Shown: positions 13,399 to 27,126 of the stretch, piece after piece | Layout of the letters: every line of letters begins with the position of its first letter | Numbering within the stretch: the stretch's first letter is position 1 | Assembly (NCBI GenBank): GCA_951406725.2 | Contig: OX597820.1 | Span: 30,752,001 to 30,816,000, forward strand | Source: Octopus vulgaris | Taxonomy: Eukaryota | DNA length: 64,000 nt | Reading direction: 5' to 3' | Notes under the pieces: generated by a model | What the model saw: only the letters and a program-made list of their open reading frames with translations | Databases searched by the model: none | Told to the model about the DNA's origin: nothing | Made by a program: the position numbers and the translations under genes

Positions 13399-15422
13399 AT
13401 ATACTGGTGTTTCTATACTGTGTCATGTGGAATGAAAGCTTTAAAAAAAAATTTTTTTTTAAAACAATAATATTGGTCCCTGAATAGAATCATACCACTT
13501 CTAGTCTGGTTTTCAAAGTGATTATTGAGGATCATGATGATATTTTTTATTTATCTATTAAGACAATTCTTTCAAAATCTATTCTTGATAAAATAAATAA
13601 TTTTGCAAATAAAATCTCCTAGAGGAGATGTCTGTGTTTTAATTATCAGCTGCTGTCAGACATTCAGAAATTTATAAGAGACAATAGAGGGGTAGAAATT
13701 AGTTGTTGTTTAGCTCCAGATCTGGCTGCTTCCCGAATTATTACCAAAAGGTATACCAGCCTAAATGTTTCCATTATATTGTTTTTGATAGCCATATCTA
13801 GAAATACATAATCTAATCCTTTCCTCAATTTCCTTGGCAGAGTTTGATTTGAAGAATTTTGGCTGTTATTTCAGGTTGAGCAACCACATACAGTCTCTAT
13901 TGCTGGCTTGAGAGAGAAAGTAGTTAAATAGATTACGTGCTAGACTATTGGCACAATAAGTCCCATGAAGTTCAAATATTGCCTTAGAGGGTGAACTTTT
14001 GATCTTTATTAGAGTGAAGTACAACATATTTGCTCTTTTCCACACCACAGTGGATTCATTTCAATTGTAACTTTGTAAATCAAAGCAATAGATAAAACAA
14101 AAATTAAAATTCTTAAGAAATAATGAAATATTTGCAGATATGAGTGATAAATATGCCTTATGATCAAGTAGCTTGAAGACTGGTAGTCAAAGACCACAAA
14201 ATGAAATAGGAGTCACTTTCAATTGTGAATTATATGGTTGTTGAATTTAGAGTATTATCTAGATACACTCCAGCAGCTCAGCTGTTGGTGACATGTTCAA
14301 TTCTAATTGTCCCAAGATATATTATTTTGGGGCCAGACATATAACGTGATAATTCAGATAGATGAGAACCAATGTACCCAAACTTCCTGCAGAACAACAA
14401 ATGGATATTTTTTTTTAAAAGACCTCTCATTCCTTTTAAGCCTTTTCCAATTTCCTTTTGCAACTTCTGAGAAGATGGCAATGTAAATGAAATGGAATGG
14501 AGAACTTCAAACTAACAAGAGGTACTGAATTAGAAAGGGGTACGTGAGAATGGTTGATGGGAAATTGTAAAAGTAACTGAAGTCTAATTATTTACACTTG
14601 AGTTAGATCAGACAATGGCACTAAATGTTACAGCATGGCCACAATTGAATCCTGTAAAAGGATCACACTGTATCTTTGGATTTACTTGTGCCTTATTCAT
14701 GGCAATCCTCCTTTCAATTATAATAAGATAAACATTGTTTTGTTTATAGAGAAGACTTTGCAAGTGAGCCGTGTCGACCATTACAAACAAACCCAAGGAA
14801 TGGAGGGGGACATTATGTAGTTTTTCAACCTGCTAGAAATAGTAACCAAATCTCCTTCAAAGAAGGAAGGACAGTGGATAATGCAGTCCTAGATACATTA
14901 TGTCTAAAACGATTAAGGAGAGAGAAACAGAGGTAGTCTTGGCTGAAACATCTTTGAATGTAGATTTACTTTGATTACAGCTGACCCAGGGCTAATGACA
15001 GCAACAAACTTATAATATTGATGATGGTGTGACATATAAAAGTTTTGCAAAACTTCAAAACATAATAATAATAATTATTATTATATTTGTCTTTATTAGT
15101 TGGTAAAAAAATAAATGGTAATTAAATATGAACAATCCTTTGTATAATTTTAAAAAGTCATGGATGTTTAATCATGAATTGTTTGAAACAAAAAAAAAAA
15201 AAAATCCATGAATAATGACATAATTCATGAATGACTGACAATTGATTAATCAATTATTCCATGGGTATTTATGAAGTAATTCATAATTTGTGACTTAAGG
15301 ATTCTGAGTAGATGATCCATCAGAGCAAGATTGCTTGGTATCATCTTGACCGGTATTCACTTCAGAAATGTACAAAGAGACATTAAATTTATGTATTATG
15401 CTGATGATTTTATATGTATATT

Positions 15423-15464
<42 letters not shown>

Positions 15465-16315
15465 CAAAAAGAAAATACTTTGAGAACTTGATGATGGAAA
15501 GAGTATATTTTTCATCAGACTATGCTACCAGTTTCAATCATTTTAAAAGAAAATTTAGTCATGCTGAAAGAGAAAGGAAAATAAATTAATCTTTCATGAT
15601 ATCAGTTCTGGGTGTTCAAATGGTGCTAGTTGTGAGTTTTCTTCTAATGCCAGCTGTGTCATAGTAGTAGCAATAACAGTTTGAGCAGTGGTTGTTCTTT
15701 GTTATTAAGAAATAACTTAAATGTAGAAGCAGCAGCTATGCTGGTAGCCATAGTAGTGACTATCAGTCTAATTTGTAGAAGCCACAGTGGTAGCTTCAGC
15801 AATAGTGACCCTTGTGGCGGTAGTAGAAGCTACAGTTGTAGTAGCAATAATTTTAGTAGTTGTCTCCTGCAGTTATTTAGAAGTGATCAGTATTTTGGTC
15901 ATGAAAACTGTTTCTTTATTAATGTGTAAATTTTGTGTAACTGCTCATTTTGCATAAGGGGGTGATAGTAAAATGTTGTCGTTTCATTGAAGCCTACATT
16001 GTATTCCCGTATTTTAAATTAATTTAAAATACAAAAGTATTGAACTCGGTGAACATAATAGACATATATGCAGGTCAGAAACAAGAAAATTCTACAGTCT
16101 TCCTCTTATACCAATGTAACAATTGCACAAAAACAACACATTGATAAAGAAACAACTTTCATAACCAAACACCAACAACCGTGGGAGAGGAAAGGAGACA
16201 ACTACTAAAACTGCTATAAATGTTACAGCTACTTCTACCGCTCCTTCAAGAGTCAGTACCACAACAACTATTGCTGAAGCTGCCACTTCTTAATGGACAA
16301 CTTCCACTGCTTTAA

Positions 16316-16520
16316 CCCTTTTAGCATTCAGATTATTGTGCCAAATGCAATGCTTATTCACTGTTTGAAATTCATCAAAATCTCAAAGCTATGAGATAAT
16401 GCAAGATTATGTGAGCATCTATTTGTAGAATGATATTGTAGGTTAGGTGTGAGAGATTTGATCTGTCCTATTTGAACATAGGACAGGTAGATTATATTGG
16501 CCAGTTTAAATGCTAAAGGG
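16316..16520. mobile_element. piggyBac-type MITE
   Basis: TTAA|CCCTTTTAGCATT ... AATGCTAAAGGG|TTAA. Confidence 0.8.
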
Positions 16521-16899
16521 TTAACTGTCACTACTACTACACAGCAGCCATCAGAAAGAAACCAACTGGCAGCACCATGTGGATTTTGTAAGAAAGATAT
16601 GAACCTCCAGAACTGATATCATGAAAAATTGATTTATTTTCCTTTATCTCCTAACAGGACTAATTCTTTAAAAAATGATCGAGACCAGTTGCATATATTG
16701 ATAAAAATGCTTAAGTTTTTTTTATGCATGACAAAGTTCTCAAAGCATTTTCTTTCAGTAATATAAATTCATTCATGTGAAACCTCTTAACCTTTACAAG
16801 TAATTTTTTACAAGGAAAAGACTGGTTTATGCCTGATAATTATGCTGAGAAGGAGAAAACAGAGACCAATAACATAGAAGATATCTGAAAGTTTCTCTA

Positions 16900-17695
16900 A
16901 GACAATGTGTTGTGAACCAGAAACTTGATTCCTGGTTGAAGCAAGGTTCCAATTATACAGATGGTAACTTGGTGAAGAAATAATAGGGTAAATAGAGCCA
17001 TAAAAGCTAAGAGTAAGGTATGGAAAGAATGGAAAAAAGCTGGAAACTAGAAACATTAAGAACTGGAGATAGATATTTGGCATATTTAGCAAGGAGATAA
17101 GTTGAATGTAAGAGGTTTTCCAATGTTCTGTGATGTGAGGATCAGAGGTATAAGAGAGAGCCCAGATTGCAGAGTGTTATTTCAGGATGTTTTAAAGATG
17201 TTTTTTGATGAAAATGTGTATGTAATAATAGCAGCACATTTGCTCTCAATGACACCAAAATGGGAGAAGTATGGAAAAGTAGATAGTGAGGTGATTGCAT
17301 GTGTACAAAGTAAAATGTATGATAACAAAACATGAGTATTGAATGAGGAGATTAAGTAAAAGTTGAAAAGAAATTAGGCAAGCACATTCTGCTAAATGTA
17401 TGTTTGTGTCCACAGATGATGGAATGTAAATGAGCTGGGTTGAAAAGCTGAGAATGAAGGGAATCAGATGTTGTATGCCAGAAAGAAGATTGAACTGATA
17501 TGGACGTATGATTCATGTGGAGGATGGCAGTCAGGTAAAGAAATGCCAAGAGATACAAGTAGATAGAAATTGCAGAAGAGGAAGAACAAGTGAAAAAAGT
17601 TGGCCCACATAAAGAAAAGTGGCAAGATGCTGTCCTGAAGAAGATCCTTCCAACCCATAAAACAAGGAAAAATGAACATATGATGATAATGATAT
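16900..17695 (+). mobile_element. Highly decayed older RTE-type LINE fragments
   Basis: Patchy similarity to RTE ORF segments (RAIKAKSKVWKEWKK; ACVQSKMY...TW; RRLNWYGR-like), ending in the same type of tail (CCAACCCAT...ATGATGAT). Confidence 0.5.
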
Positions 17696-18323
17696 TAGAA
17701 GCCAGAGTTTCTTGAATCTTGATCTGAGTTATATGTTATTGACTAAATGATTGCAATAGGGAAATAGTGTGATGATATAAGTAAACATATGCAAAAATAT
17801 TTTGAAATATGATTAACTAGCTACATCTGGATTTAATTGGTTGCCAGAAACAAAAAAGAAAAAAAAACATAACGTTAGAAAACATGTTATACGTTCATCT
17901 ATCATTCTCACAAGCAGAACACATTTTCATATATTCATATCATCAGAGTTATTTATAAACACATAAGCAAGTGGCTATAAATTGGTAAAAATTTAATGTT
18001 CAGCAACAGCAACCATTTTCTTTGCTAATGTGTTCCCATACATGATAATGAAATCATGAAAATATCATGACACTGAATAAATACATATGATGCTTGTTTT
18101 TTTTTTTTTTTCTGGCAACTAATTAAATCCCAACATCTTGTTGGCTCATGAGATTTCAATATTTTTGCTTCTATGACATACAGCTTGTCTGCTTTAATCT
18201 TTTATGTAATCAGAAATGTGAAACTCAGAGTTAGAATTCATGAAGCTTCAACTTCAAGTAAAATATATACACAGTCTGCTGTATGGATTTTCTCTTTTTG
18301 TTTGCAAGCAGGCTTACCAATCA

Positions 18324-18360
<37 letters not shown>

Positions 18361-18863
18361 GATAGATAGATAGATATATATATATACATATACACACACA
18401 GATCCATACACATAGATGGTAAGACACAAAGTATAAAAATGCAGTTGGTGCCAGAGCTGAAGTCAGATTATGCACATAGACTGCAATATGCAGTCAGACC
18501 TTTTGAGTTTTGGCACACTCTAAATATTAGATACACATATATATATACACACACACTATGTGCATATGTATGTATATGTATATATACAGTGCACGTCTAA
18601 AATTACTTATGTGTGTATTTATAGACAAGCATCATTGTTTTAAAAGTGGACGTTAAAATGATGATAATGTATGTCTATAGAGGCACATAACTGCCTTTAA
18701 ATACACACCATTATATATATACATATATATACACAAACACACATACATGCATGCATGTACATACAAACACCTGCCTATAACACATATACCCAGATATACA
18801 TAAACAGATGAGTGGACATGTCACATACACATTCCCCTTTACACACTAACAGCAAAGCCTTTA

Positions 18864-19075
18864 CTATCGAACACGTTTTGAATGCTGTGGCAGCCAGTGA
18901 GCTAAGTGGATGGTGTTGTTGTCAGTGGCAAAGGCAAGTGAGGGCCCAAGTCCAGAGTCTGTAATGTCCAAACTGAGTACATGTTCCTGGCCAGAGTGGA
19001 GAATGTAGAGAGGTGCAGTCAAATCGATATTTATCCAATCCTTGTCAGTTTCCAAACGATAAATGTACACGATAC
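18864..19075 (-). CDS. F-box/WD40 protein, exon 7 (terminal); full CDS 1314 nt, 437 aa
   Basis: Acceptor ttttattgcag|GT, phase 1. Encodes GIVYIYRL...HVLSLDI...LAFATDNNTIHLAHW... to TAG. All seven exon phases join without a stop. Confidence 0.82.
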
Positions 19076-20782
19076 CTGCAATAAAATGACAGAAACACTG
19101 TAAATATATTATAATTAGTTTTTACGGTGGAAGAGGGAGACCCAAGAAGACATGGAATGAAGAATTGAAGGGCAATCTCCAAATGCTGAACCTTATGAGG
19201 CAGATGACAGAGGACTGAGATATGTGGTGCATTGTTGTACTCAAGAAGACCAGCCCACCACAACAGAATTGAGGTCCTAAAACTAAGGTGCCACATACAA
19301 AGCATTGGTGTGGGTGCTGGTGCTATGAGGTCCCGTAGAAGCCATATTTGTAAATTCATCATCATTTAACATATGCTTATTTATGCTAGCAGGAGTTGGA
19401 TGGAATTTGTTGTGGTGGATTTTTTTACAGCTGGGTGCCTTTCCTCTTGCCAAGGTAATATTTCTCATGATTAGACATTTTCACAGAATATTAGAAATGA
19501 AAGACACTGCATGACAGTGACACTCACAATTATCACGAATCAGGGCAAGGAGACGGTCTCTCTCACACACATACACAAAATGCCAATCTTTGTTGTACAA
19601 GTAATGTGTTTTTAGCATGGTTTCCACAGCTGGAGGCCCTTCAAATTGCCAACTACTTTACAGTGTGGATTAGGTACTATTTATTGTGCATTAATGAGGT
19701 TGTCTTCCAAGACTAAACAGTTCTTTCTACTCTGTATTAGTTTCTATTCAGAATTACAATTACACTAGACAGATTGGTTTCAATTGTAGCGTCCATTTCT
19801 CTTACATTTTTTTTTTTTTGTAATAAATGAGAGAATGAATAATATATAAGATTACAAACTCATTAGTCAAATGTTTAAAATGCATTACAGTGACTTACAT
19901 TCCCCAGTTCACTTCACAGTCAGAAATAAGTACTAGACAGTGAGCTGGCAGAATCGTTAGCACGCCAGGTGAAATGTTTAGCGGTATTTCGTTTGCCGTT
20001 ACGTTCTTAGTTCAAATTCTGCCAAGGTCAACTTTGCCTTTCATCCTTTTGGGGTCGATAAATTAAGTACCAGTTATGCACTGGGGTCGATTACATCGAC
20101 TTTACCCCTTTGTTTCTCCCCTCTATGTTTAGCCCCTTGTGGGCAATAAAGAAATGAGAAATAAGTACTAGACCACATGGAAATATCACCTACAATGAAC
20201 TAGCATCTTATCCAGGAGCAAATTTATCTACCATCTTTTTAACACTGTAAAACTGAAGCTAATTACTATCTCAAACTTCTCAGTTCGTCAGGCACATTTG
20301 TAATATTGTTTTACAGAATTGCTCCAGCATGACCACAGCCTTTTGGTTAGGACCAATAAGGACAAAATTAAATCTGATTTTCCCCAAAATAAACATATTT
20401 AACACCAAAAAATGTTAGGGACAGGTATGGCTGCAGATCTGAGAAACATGCTTCCCAAACATGTGGGCCTGGATTTAGTCCCACTGCACAGCATCTTGGG
20501 CAAGTCTCTTCTACTGTGACCCCAGGCCAACCTAAGCCTCATGAGTGGATTTCATAGGCAGAAACTGAAAAAAGCCTGCCTTTTACATTGTGTGTGCTGT
20601 GTTTGTCACCACTTGACAACTGGTTTTGATTAGTTTCCATTCTTGTAACTTAGAGGTTCAGCAAAACAGGCTGACAGATTACTGGAGTCAATCTATTCAA
20701 CTAAACTCTTCAAGGTGAGACTCCAGCATAACCACAATCCAATTACTGAAACAAGATAAAAAAAAAATTTTTAATCCCTCAC

Positions 20783-20911
20783 CTGCCTTGACACCAACAG
20801 CAAGTATTGGTCCCCACAGAGATATATATTCTGGAGTTCTTGTAAGATCATGAAATATATTTTTCTCCACACAGCATTTGTCATTAGAGTAGACAGACAG
20901 AGTATGTTTCC
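20783..20911 (-). CDS. F-box/WD40 protein, exon 6
   Basis: Acceptor ttttcacag|GG, donor G|GTGAGG. 129 nt, phase 1/1. Encodes KHTLSVYS...YISLWGPILAVGVKA. Confidence 0.8.
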
Positions 20912-21711
20912 CTGTGAAAATAAGATGGAGTATATGTAACAAGGTTTCAAAATGTTTTGTAGAGAGAAAATAGGGAATTGAAGAAGAAAAAAAAAAATTC
21001 ATTTAGAGCTATATTCAATGTGCAATTTCTTTCTATTCTGTTACAGAATCAAAAGAAATATCTGATCCAATATTGAAGTTTTAACAAATGAAAACAAATT
21101 CTACTTTATATATTTTGCAGATGGAAATATAGATGCTGAACTGCTAGGATACAGAGGTGTAAAGAAGCAATAGTTGGGGACAAACACTGGCCCCTGTGTT
21201 GGTGACACATAAAAAGCATCATTCGAGCGTTGTTGATGCCAGTGCCACCTGACTGACTCACATGCCAGTGCTGTCTGACTAGCCCCTATGCCCGTGGCAC
21301 ATAAAAAGCACCCACTACACTATCGGAGTGGTTGGCATTGGGAAGGGTATCCAGTTGTAGAAACCTTGCCAGATCAGATTGGAGCCTGGTGCAGCCTCCT
21401 GGTTCGACAGTCCTCAGCCAAACTGTCCAACCCATACCAGCATGGAAAGCGGACGTTAAACGATGATGATGAATGTGTTGTACATAATAATGTAATAAAC
21501 AAACATGGAAAGTGGATGTTAAACAACGATCATAGAATTTTTGTCTGCCAAATTTACTCACAAGGCATTAGCCAACCTTGGGCTATAGTAAATGATACTT
21601 GCCCAAAGGGTTGAACCTGAAACCACAAAGTTGAGAAGCAAACTTTTAAACCACACAGCTATGCCAACAAACATATAATTAATGAACATCATGATGGCTA
21701 CTCCACTCCTG

Positions 21712-21981
21712 ATCTCCATGTGTCTAACACACGTGGACATGCCTACAAAGTCAGAAAACAACACAGCTCCCATGACTTTTGGAAACATTTTTTCACGCTC
21801 AGAGTTGCTGAAGCATGGAATAAACTGCCTGCGTCAGTTGTTGACTGCCATGACACTGCATCCTTTAAGGCTCTCATGCTTTCCGAAATCCGCCGAAACT
21901 ACACCTGATTATATATACACTTTAGATGAGTTGTAGTGCACATGAGCACTGTACACAATTATTATTATTATTATTATTATT
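21712..21981 (+). mobile_element. CR1-type LINE 3' end (second 3' UTR fragment at ~50030-50215)
   Basis: Encodes SNTRGHAYKV...FFTLRVAEAWNKLPASVV...SFK, with an (ATT)n tail. Confidence 0.8.
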
Positions 21982-22122
21982 AAACTCCAGGAACCTTAAT
22001 CCATCCTCTTTCCTTCTATAGCCTCCACCATCATTCATGGACATGAAAGTATATTCTACCAAATACTATCACCACCCTCTCACAAAATCTCCCTTATCAC
22101 AATATAAGGGACTCTGACCTAC

Positions 22123-22270
22123 CTGACAAACACAGAAGACGATCACCACAAAGTATGATTTGCTGTACTGGTCCAGATGATGAGAGAACATTGAAGGGTA
22201 AAAGATAACGTTTGTGGGTCTCAGTTAGTTCCCAGATATATATATTGCCCTCATCATCACCAGATGCAAC
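22123..22270 (-). CDS. F-box/WD40 protein, exon 5 (not in ORF track)
   Basis: Acceptor ttttctttag|GTT, donor G|GTAGGT. 148 nt, phase 0/1. Encodes VASGDDEGNIYIWEL...GPVQQIILCGDRLLCLS, a clear WD40 repeat. Confidence 0.87.
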
Positions 22271-23329
22271 CTAAAGAAAAATTAAAAGATATATAATCAT
22301 CTGAATTAAAAATTTAAATGAAAAATCATTCATTTTACATACATTTTTCTATGCTAGTATGAGTTACCTGAATATAGCATTGAAGCATTTTTATAGCTGG
22401 ATGTCCTTCTTGTTGTCCTTACTTTTTCAAGTAAGGAATTTTCTTTTTCCCCGTCGCTTCAAAGGCAAGAAAACAAGTTATTGGCAGGAGTGCCAACAGC
22501 AACACCAGCTGAATAACTTAGTGAGCACCAATGTAAATATAGAAACTTGCTTGCTCATTCCCTCCCTCACTCACACACACAAATGATGAGGCTTTTTTGC
22601 AAGTTTTCATCTACCAAATCCACTCACAAGACTTTGGTTGCCCTGGGGCTATAGCAGAAGAAATTGGCCTGAGGTAGTGTGCAGTAGGACTAAACCTGAA
22701 ACCATGAGCTTGGGAAGTGACAATGTGTGCATCTCTGATCATAATCAGGACTAGCTGGGGAGCTTGAGAGCCATGTGTTGAGAGGGGTTTAAAGGAAATA
22801 TTAGTCATTTTTCATACTTTCTTGCGGTAAGCAAATAAGAAATAACAATTGCTACCCAAGGACAAAAATCGTGTTACACAGTGCTATCATTATTTAATGC
22901 TCATGTTCCATGCTGCCATGGGTTGGACAGTTTGGCAGGATCCAATGGGCTCAAAGACTGTGCTGTACTCTAGTGTTTGCTTTGACATAGTTTCTACGGT
23001 TGGATGCTCTTCCTGACACCAACTGCTTTATAGCATGTACTGGATACCAGCACTAATGAGGTCACAATGCAACTTGCAAGACTAAGATCCTCTTTGAATA
23101 GGACCACAGGAGAGAGGGAGAGGTGGCTTTACACTATGGGATGAAGGTTAAAGTGAGAGAGAAAGATCCAGCATAGAATGTGTACTGGACGCTTCCTTTT
23201 TGTGTTACCAGCACTAGTTCAGAAAATAAAATACCAAAGGAGAACATGGATGATTAAAAGATAATAAAACAACAATTGTGCATTCATATATTAGTTAAAG
23301 TGTGGTGTGCAACAAAACCAGGCACCTAC

Positions 23330-23486
23330 CTTATTTTTCCAAAGACATGTGGCTGTTATGTTTGATGAACCATGACCTAGCAGGTGAAAACGTCTGACAA
23401 TGTTGAAATCTGGTGTAAGCGTGAATACCCACTGGCCGTGAAGTATAGTGTCCTGGTTTCCAGTCACAAAGTTGGATCCCCAGGAA
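23330..23486 (-). CDS. F-box/WD40 protein, exon 4
   Basis: Acceptor ttgtctag|T, donor AAG|GTAGGT. 157 nt, phase 2/0. Encodes SWGSNFVTGNQDTIL...LLGHGSSNITATCLWKNK. Confidence 0.82.
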
Positions 23487-23601
23487 CTAGACAATAAAAC
23501 AAACAATGAGAGGATGTAAAAACAATGTAACACAAAGTAACATGGAAAATATAATTTAAAAAACAGCATTTCACACATTGGCATGATAAATTCTTAATAT
23601 A

Positions 23602-24072
23602 ATCATCATCATCATCATCATTTAGTGTCCGCTTTCCATGCTAGCATGGGTTGGACGGTTCAACTGGGGTCTGTGAAGCTGGAAGGCTTCGTCAGGCCCA
23701 GTCAGATCTGGCAGTGTTTCTACGGCTGGATGCCCTTCCTAACACCAACCACTCCGTGAGTGTAGTGGGTGCTTTTTACGTGCCACCTGCACAGGTGCCA
23801 GACAGAGCTGGCAAACGGCCACGAACGGATGGTGCTTTTACGTGTCACCGGCACGGGGGCCAGGCGAGGCTGGCAACGGACACGAACGGATGGTGCTTTT
23901 ACGTGTCACCGGCACGGGGGCCAGGCGAGGCTGGCAACGGACACGAATAGATGGTGCTTTTACATGCCACCGACACGGGGCCAGACGGAGCTGGCAAACG
24001 GCCACGAACAGATGGTGCTTTTACGTGTCACCGGCACGGGGCCAGGCGAGGCTGGCAACCAACACGAACGGA
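23602..24072 (-). repeat. RTE-LINE 3'-tail element with an expanded array of about six 57-59-bp units
   Basis: Matches 41950..42273. Repeated unit GGTGCTTTTACGTGTCACCGGCACGGGG...; (CAT)n end. Other tail copies at ~7972-8303, 21190-21472, 22890-23080, 28930-29298, 38160-38400, 47469-47713, 48846-49030, 53218-53598, 60048-60290, 60833-61112. Confidence 0.88.
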
Positions 24073-24084
24073 TATATATATATG

Positions 24085-25084
24085 AACAAAGCACTGTCGA
24101 GAGCCTTGTCAGCATCTACACTGGCTACCAAGTTGAAGGTATGGGCTATGCACTTCATGTGCACTGGCAGGTTTAGGCCCAAGCCACTGGACTCATCAAG
24201 GATGGCATCAACAGAGATGTACTCAACTTCGTCCATATCCTCAGCCCCTGGATCCACGTCCAGGTCAACATCGACATCCTCCACTTTCTGATCAGCAGCA
24301 GCCTCAAGAATGTCTGGCAAGAGTTCAATTCAGTACCAAACTGTATAAATGCCTTAACAAAATTTTCCCATTGTCTGTCATGGTCCTGGTCACCTTGTCT
24401 GGCAGATGGAGCTTGTATTGGGTGTCCACCATGGCCTGGGCGAGAACATCAAGGGTGTGATGTCCTCTGAGGTGAGAGCAGGCCAGGATGGTATGTTGTC
24501 TCGGGATCTAGACAGTGTGTTGTCATCCCCAGGCAGGACCTGTTGTGGGCTGATCAACTGTCCAGGGTGATCACCACCCAGAGCAATCTTTAATTAAAAA
24601 ATGTTAAATTGTAAAGAGACACAAGTTCTAAAGTTAGAAACCTATATATATATATAAATTGGCTAGCAGCAATCTAAAACCAACAAGGAAATAATTCACT
24701 GTCATTAAGATTGACAAGGGTGTAGTGAGCACCAGCATTGCTAGAAATAGGAGTTGTAGACACCTTAGCCACAAAAGCACATGGTCTCTTTGTATTGACA
24801 GGAGAGAAAACCCTACCCACTGTGAGTGAGATGCATTAGATTAGCATGCTAGTTTCATATAGGGAATTAATACTCATCAGTAATGCTTACTCCATCACAA
24901 CTGATAGAGGCCAACTTACCCTGTCAATATTATGGAGAATGCCATTGGAATCAGTGACTAATTTCACAAAATGGCAATGTGAAAGTTATAAAATAATCAT
25001 GGTGGCTAGCAGCAATTTAAAACCAACAAGGAAGTAATGCACCATCACTATATATAAACTGATGCAGAGTATGATCAAGGCCTA

Positions 25085-25115
<31 letters not shown>

Positions 25116-25499
25116 TAGCCTATCATCCATATCACACTAACTGCAATGGATTTTGTGAGCACATGGTTCGTACAATTTTTCAGCGGTAGGAAGGAGAAAG
25201 AACATTTGATCGCAGTATCTTATAACCATATTTTATTTATAGAAATTGCAGATTGTAGTTTAACATTTGTTACTAGGCTGTTCTGAATTCATGGAAATAG
25301 TGCTTATAATTTAAAGCCCTGTTATTAAACTTTTGAAAATAGTGACACTACCTTGATAGGTGACACTTTAGTGGGGATGAATAACTGAGATGAGGGATGG
25401 AATGATGGTTGGAATTTGGTAACTTCAGGACTTGAGGTTCATTTATTCGTTATTTCATTAAAGACTTCTGTTTTGGCTGTGCAGACTTAATCAGGAGTG

Positions 25500-25574
<75 letters not shown>

Positions 25575-27126
25575 TTTTATTTTATTTTTTTATTTTACTT
25601 TTACTTGTTTCAGACATGTGACTGTGGCCATGCTGGAGCACTGCCTTTTAGTCGAGCAAATCGACCCCAGGACTTATTCTTTGTAAGCCTGGTACTCTAT
25701 CAGTATCTTTTGCTGAACCGCTAAGTGATGAGGATGTAAACACACCAGCATTGGTTGTCAAGCAATGTTAGGGAGGGACAAGCATATACACACACACACA
25801 TACATACGACGGGCTTCTTTCAGTTTCCATCTACCAAATCCACTCACAAGGCTTTCGGTTGGCCCAAGGCTATAGTAGAAGACATTTGCCCAAGGTGCCA
25901 CACAGTGGGACTGAACCCGAAACCATGTGGTTTGTAAGCAAGCCACTTACCACACAGCCACTCCTACGTCAATCAAATATATATACCATATATTATGATA
26001 TTTATTTCAATTAGCTATTATACATTTTATTATATTAATTAAGAAAATAATTATTTAATAAATAATTAAATTAAGAAAATATGAAGTATGTCATAATAAT
26101 AATTTAATAATCGTGTACAATTTTAATTTATAAATACTTTGTAAGATACTCGTCCAGCTTTCGTGGCTGGCCAATATCATCTTGCCCAGAGTGTGGTGGG
26201 TCATCAATGTCTAGCTGGGGTTCAGTGTCTTGATCACGCTGACCAAGATGGGGTACTCCACTACATGCAGTGGTAGAATGTTGTCAACAAACAGGTCTAC
26301 AATCCTTCCGCCCACCATAGAATGATGGACGCGGGTGCCAGCAGTTTGGGCAAACTGCTTCACCAATGCTGGGCTGGCATGCTTTCTTTGCATATGGCTG
26401 CAATGACTGGCTAATGGCACTACTACCAGAAGATGGTCTGAGTTTACCATGGTCTTGATCCTCTCCTCAATTTCGATGGCATGCACTGGGTATTTCCTCT
26501 TGTTGTAGTATTCCATTGCTTGTCCCTTGATAGTGGTCTCCTTGGGCTGGCACATGACGCACCGGAAGTACAAGACTTTGGCATTCCTCTTATCCCTTGA
26601 CGTATGGACAATGTAGCCCTCCATGTGCAGCCATGGCTTCTGAGACTCCTGGCTCTTGACCTGAGCGACCTCTGCCTCACCTACAGCTGTTGCAGACTCC
26701 CCAACAGGCCCTTCATCATCAGGCTGAACAAAAATGTCTTCACCTGCTATAACAATAAGCAATAACTTGTTAAGCTAATAATGTACACTGCTGTCGCTGA
26801 CACTGTAAGACTGTCTGTAATATGACAACATCTTAAGTGAACACAACTTACAACTGCAGAATTACACAATGCTATGCTGTGTCGACCAATCATATCTTGT
26901 CTTGTGTATACGTAGTCAGCCAATAGCATGTCTGACAGACTCTTCAAGACACACCCATAACAGACAAAAACAAACGTATGAATTTTGTTAGCAGACTTAA
27001 AGTTAGTCAAAGCTAATTGGTCTGCTGACAGTTTCCAAAGTTAGCAAAAATGTTAATACACTAGACAAAAAGTTAGCTTCACTAATTAGCTGTTAGCAGA
27101 TTAGTGGAACCATACCCACACCACTG
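24085..27126 (-). mobile_element. Fragmented hAT transposon (BED-finger N-terminus ~26140-26760; catalytic region ~24085-24590), interrupted by other sequence
   Basis: FRCVMCQPK (BED-like), NFVKAF and KCIAHTFNLVAS (CxxH motif). The terminus CAGTGGTGTGGG at 27126 is followed by GCTAAC subterminal repeats. Confidence 0.7.

Noticed and set aside
23760-24072. Regularly spaced palindromic repeats resembling a CRISPR array
   Set aside because: The spacers are similar to each other, the unit is part of the RTE LINE 3' UTR found many times in the window, the context is eukaryotic and there are no cas genes.
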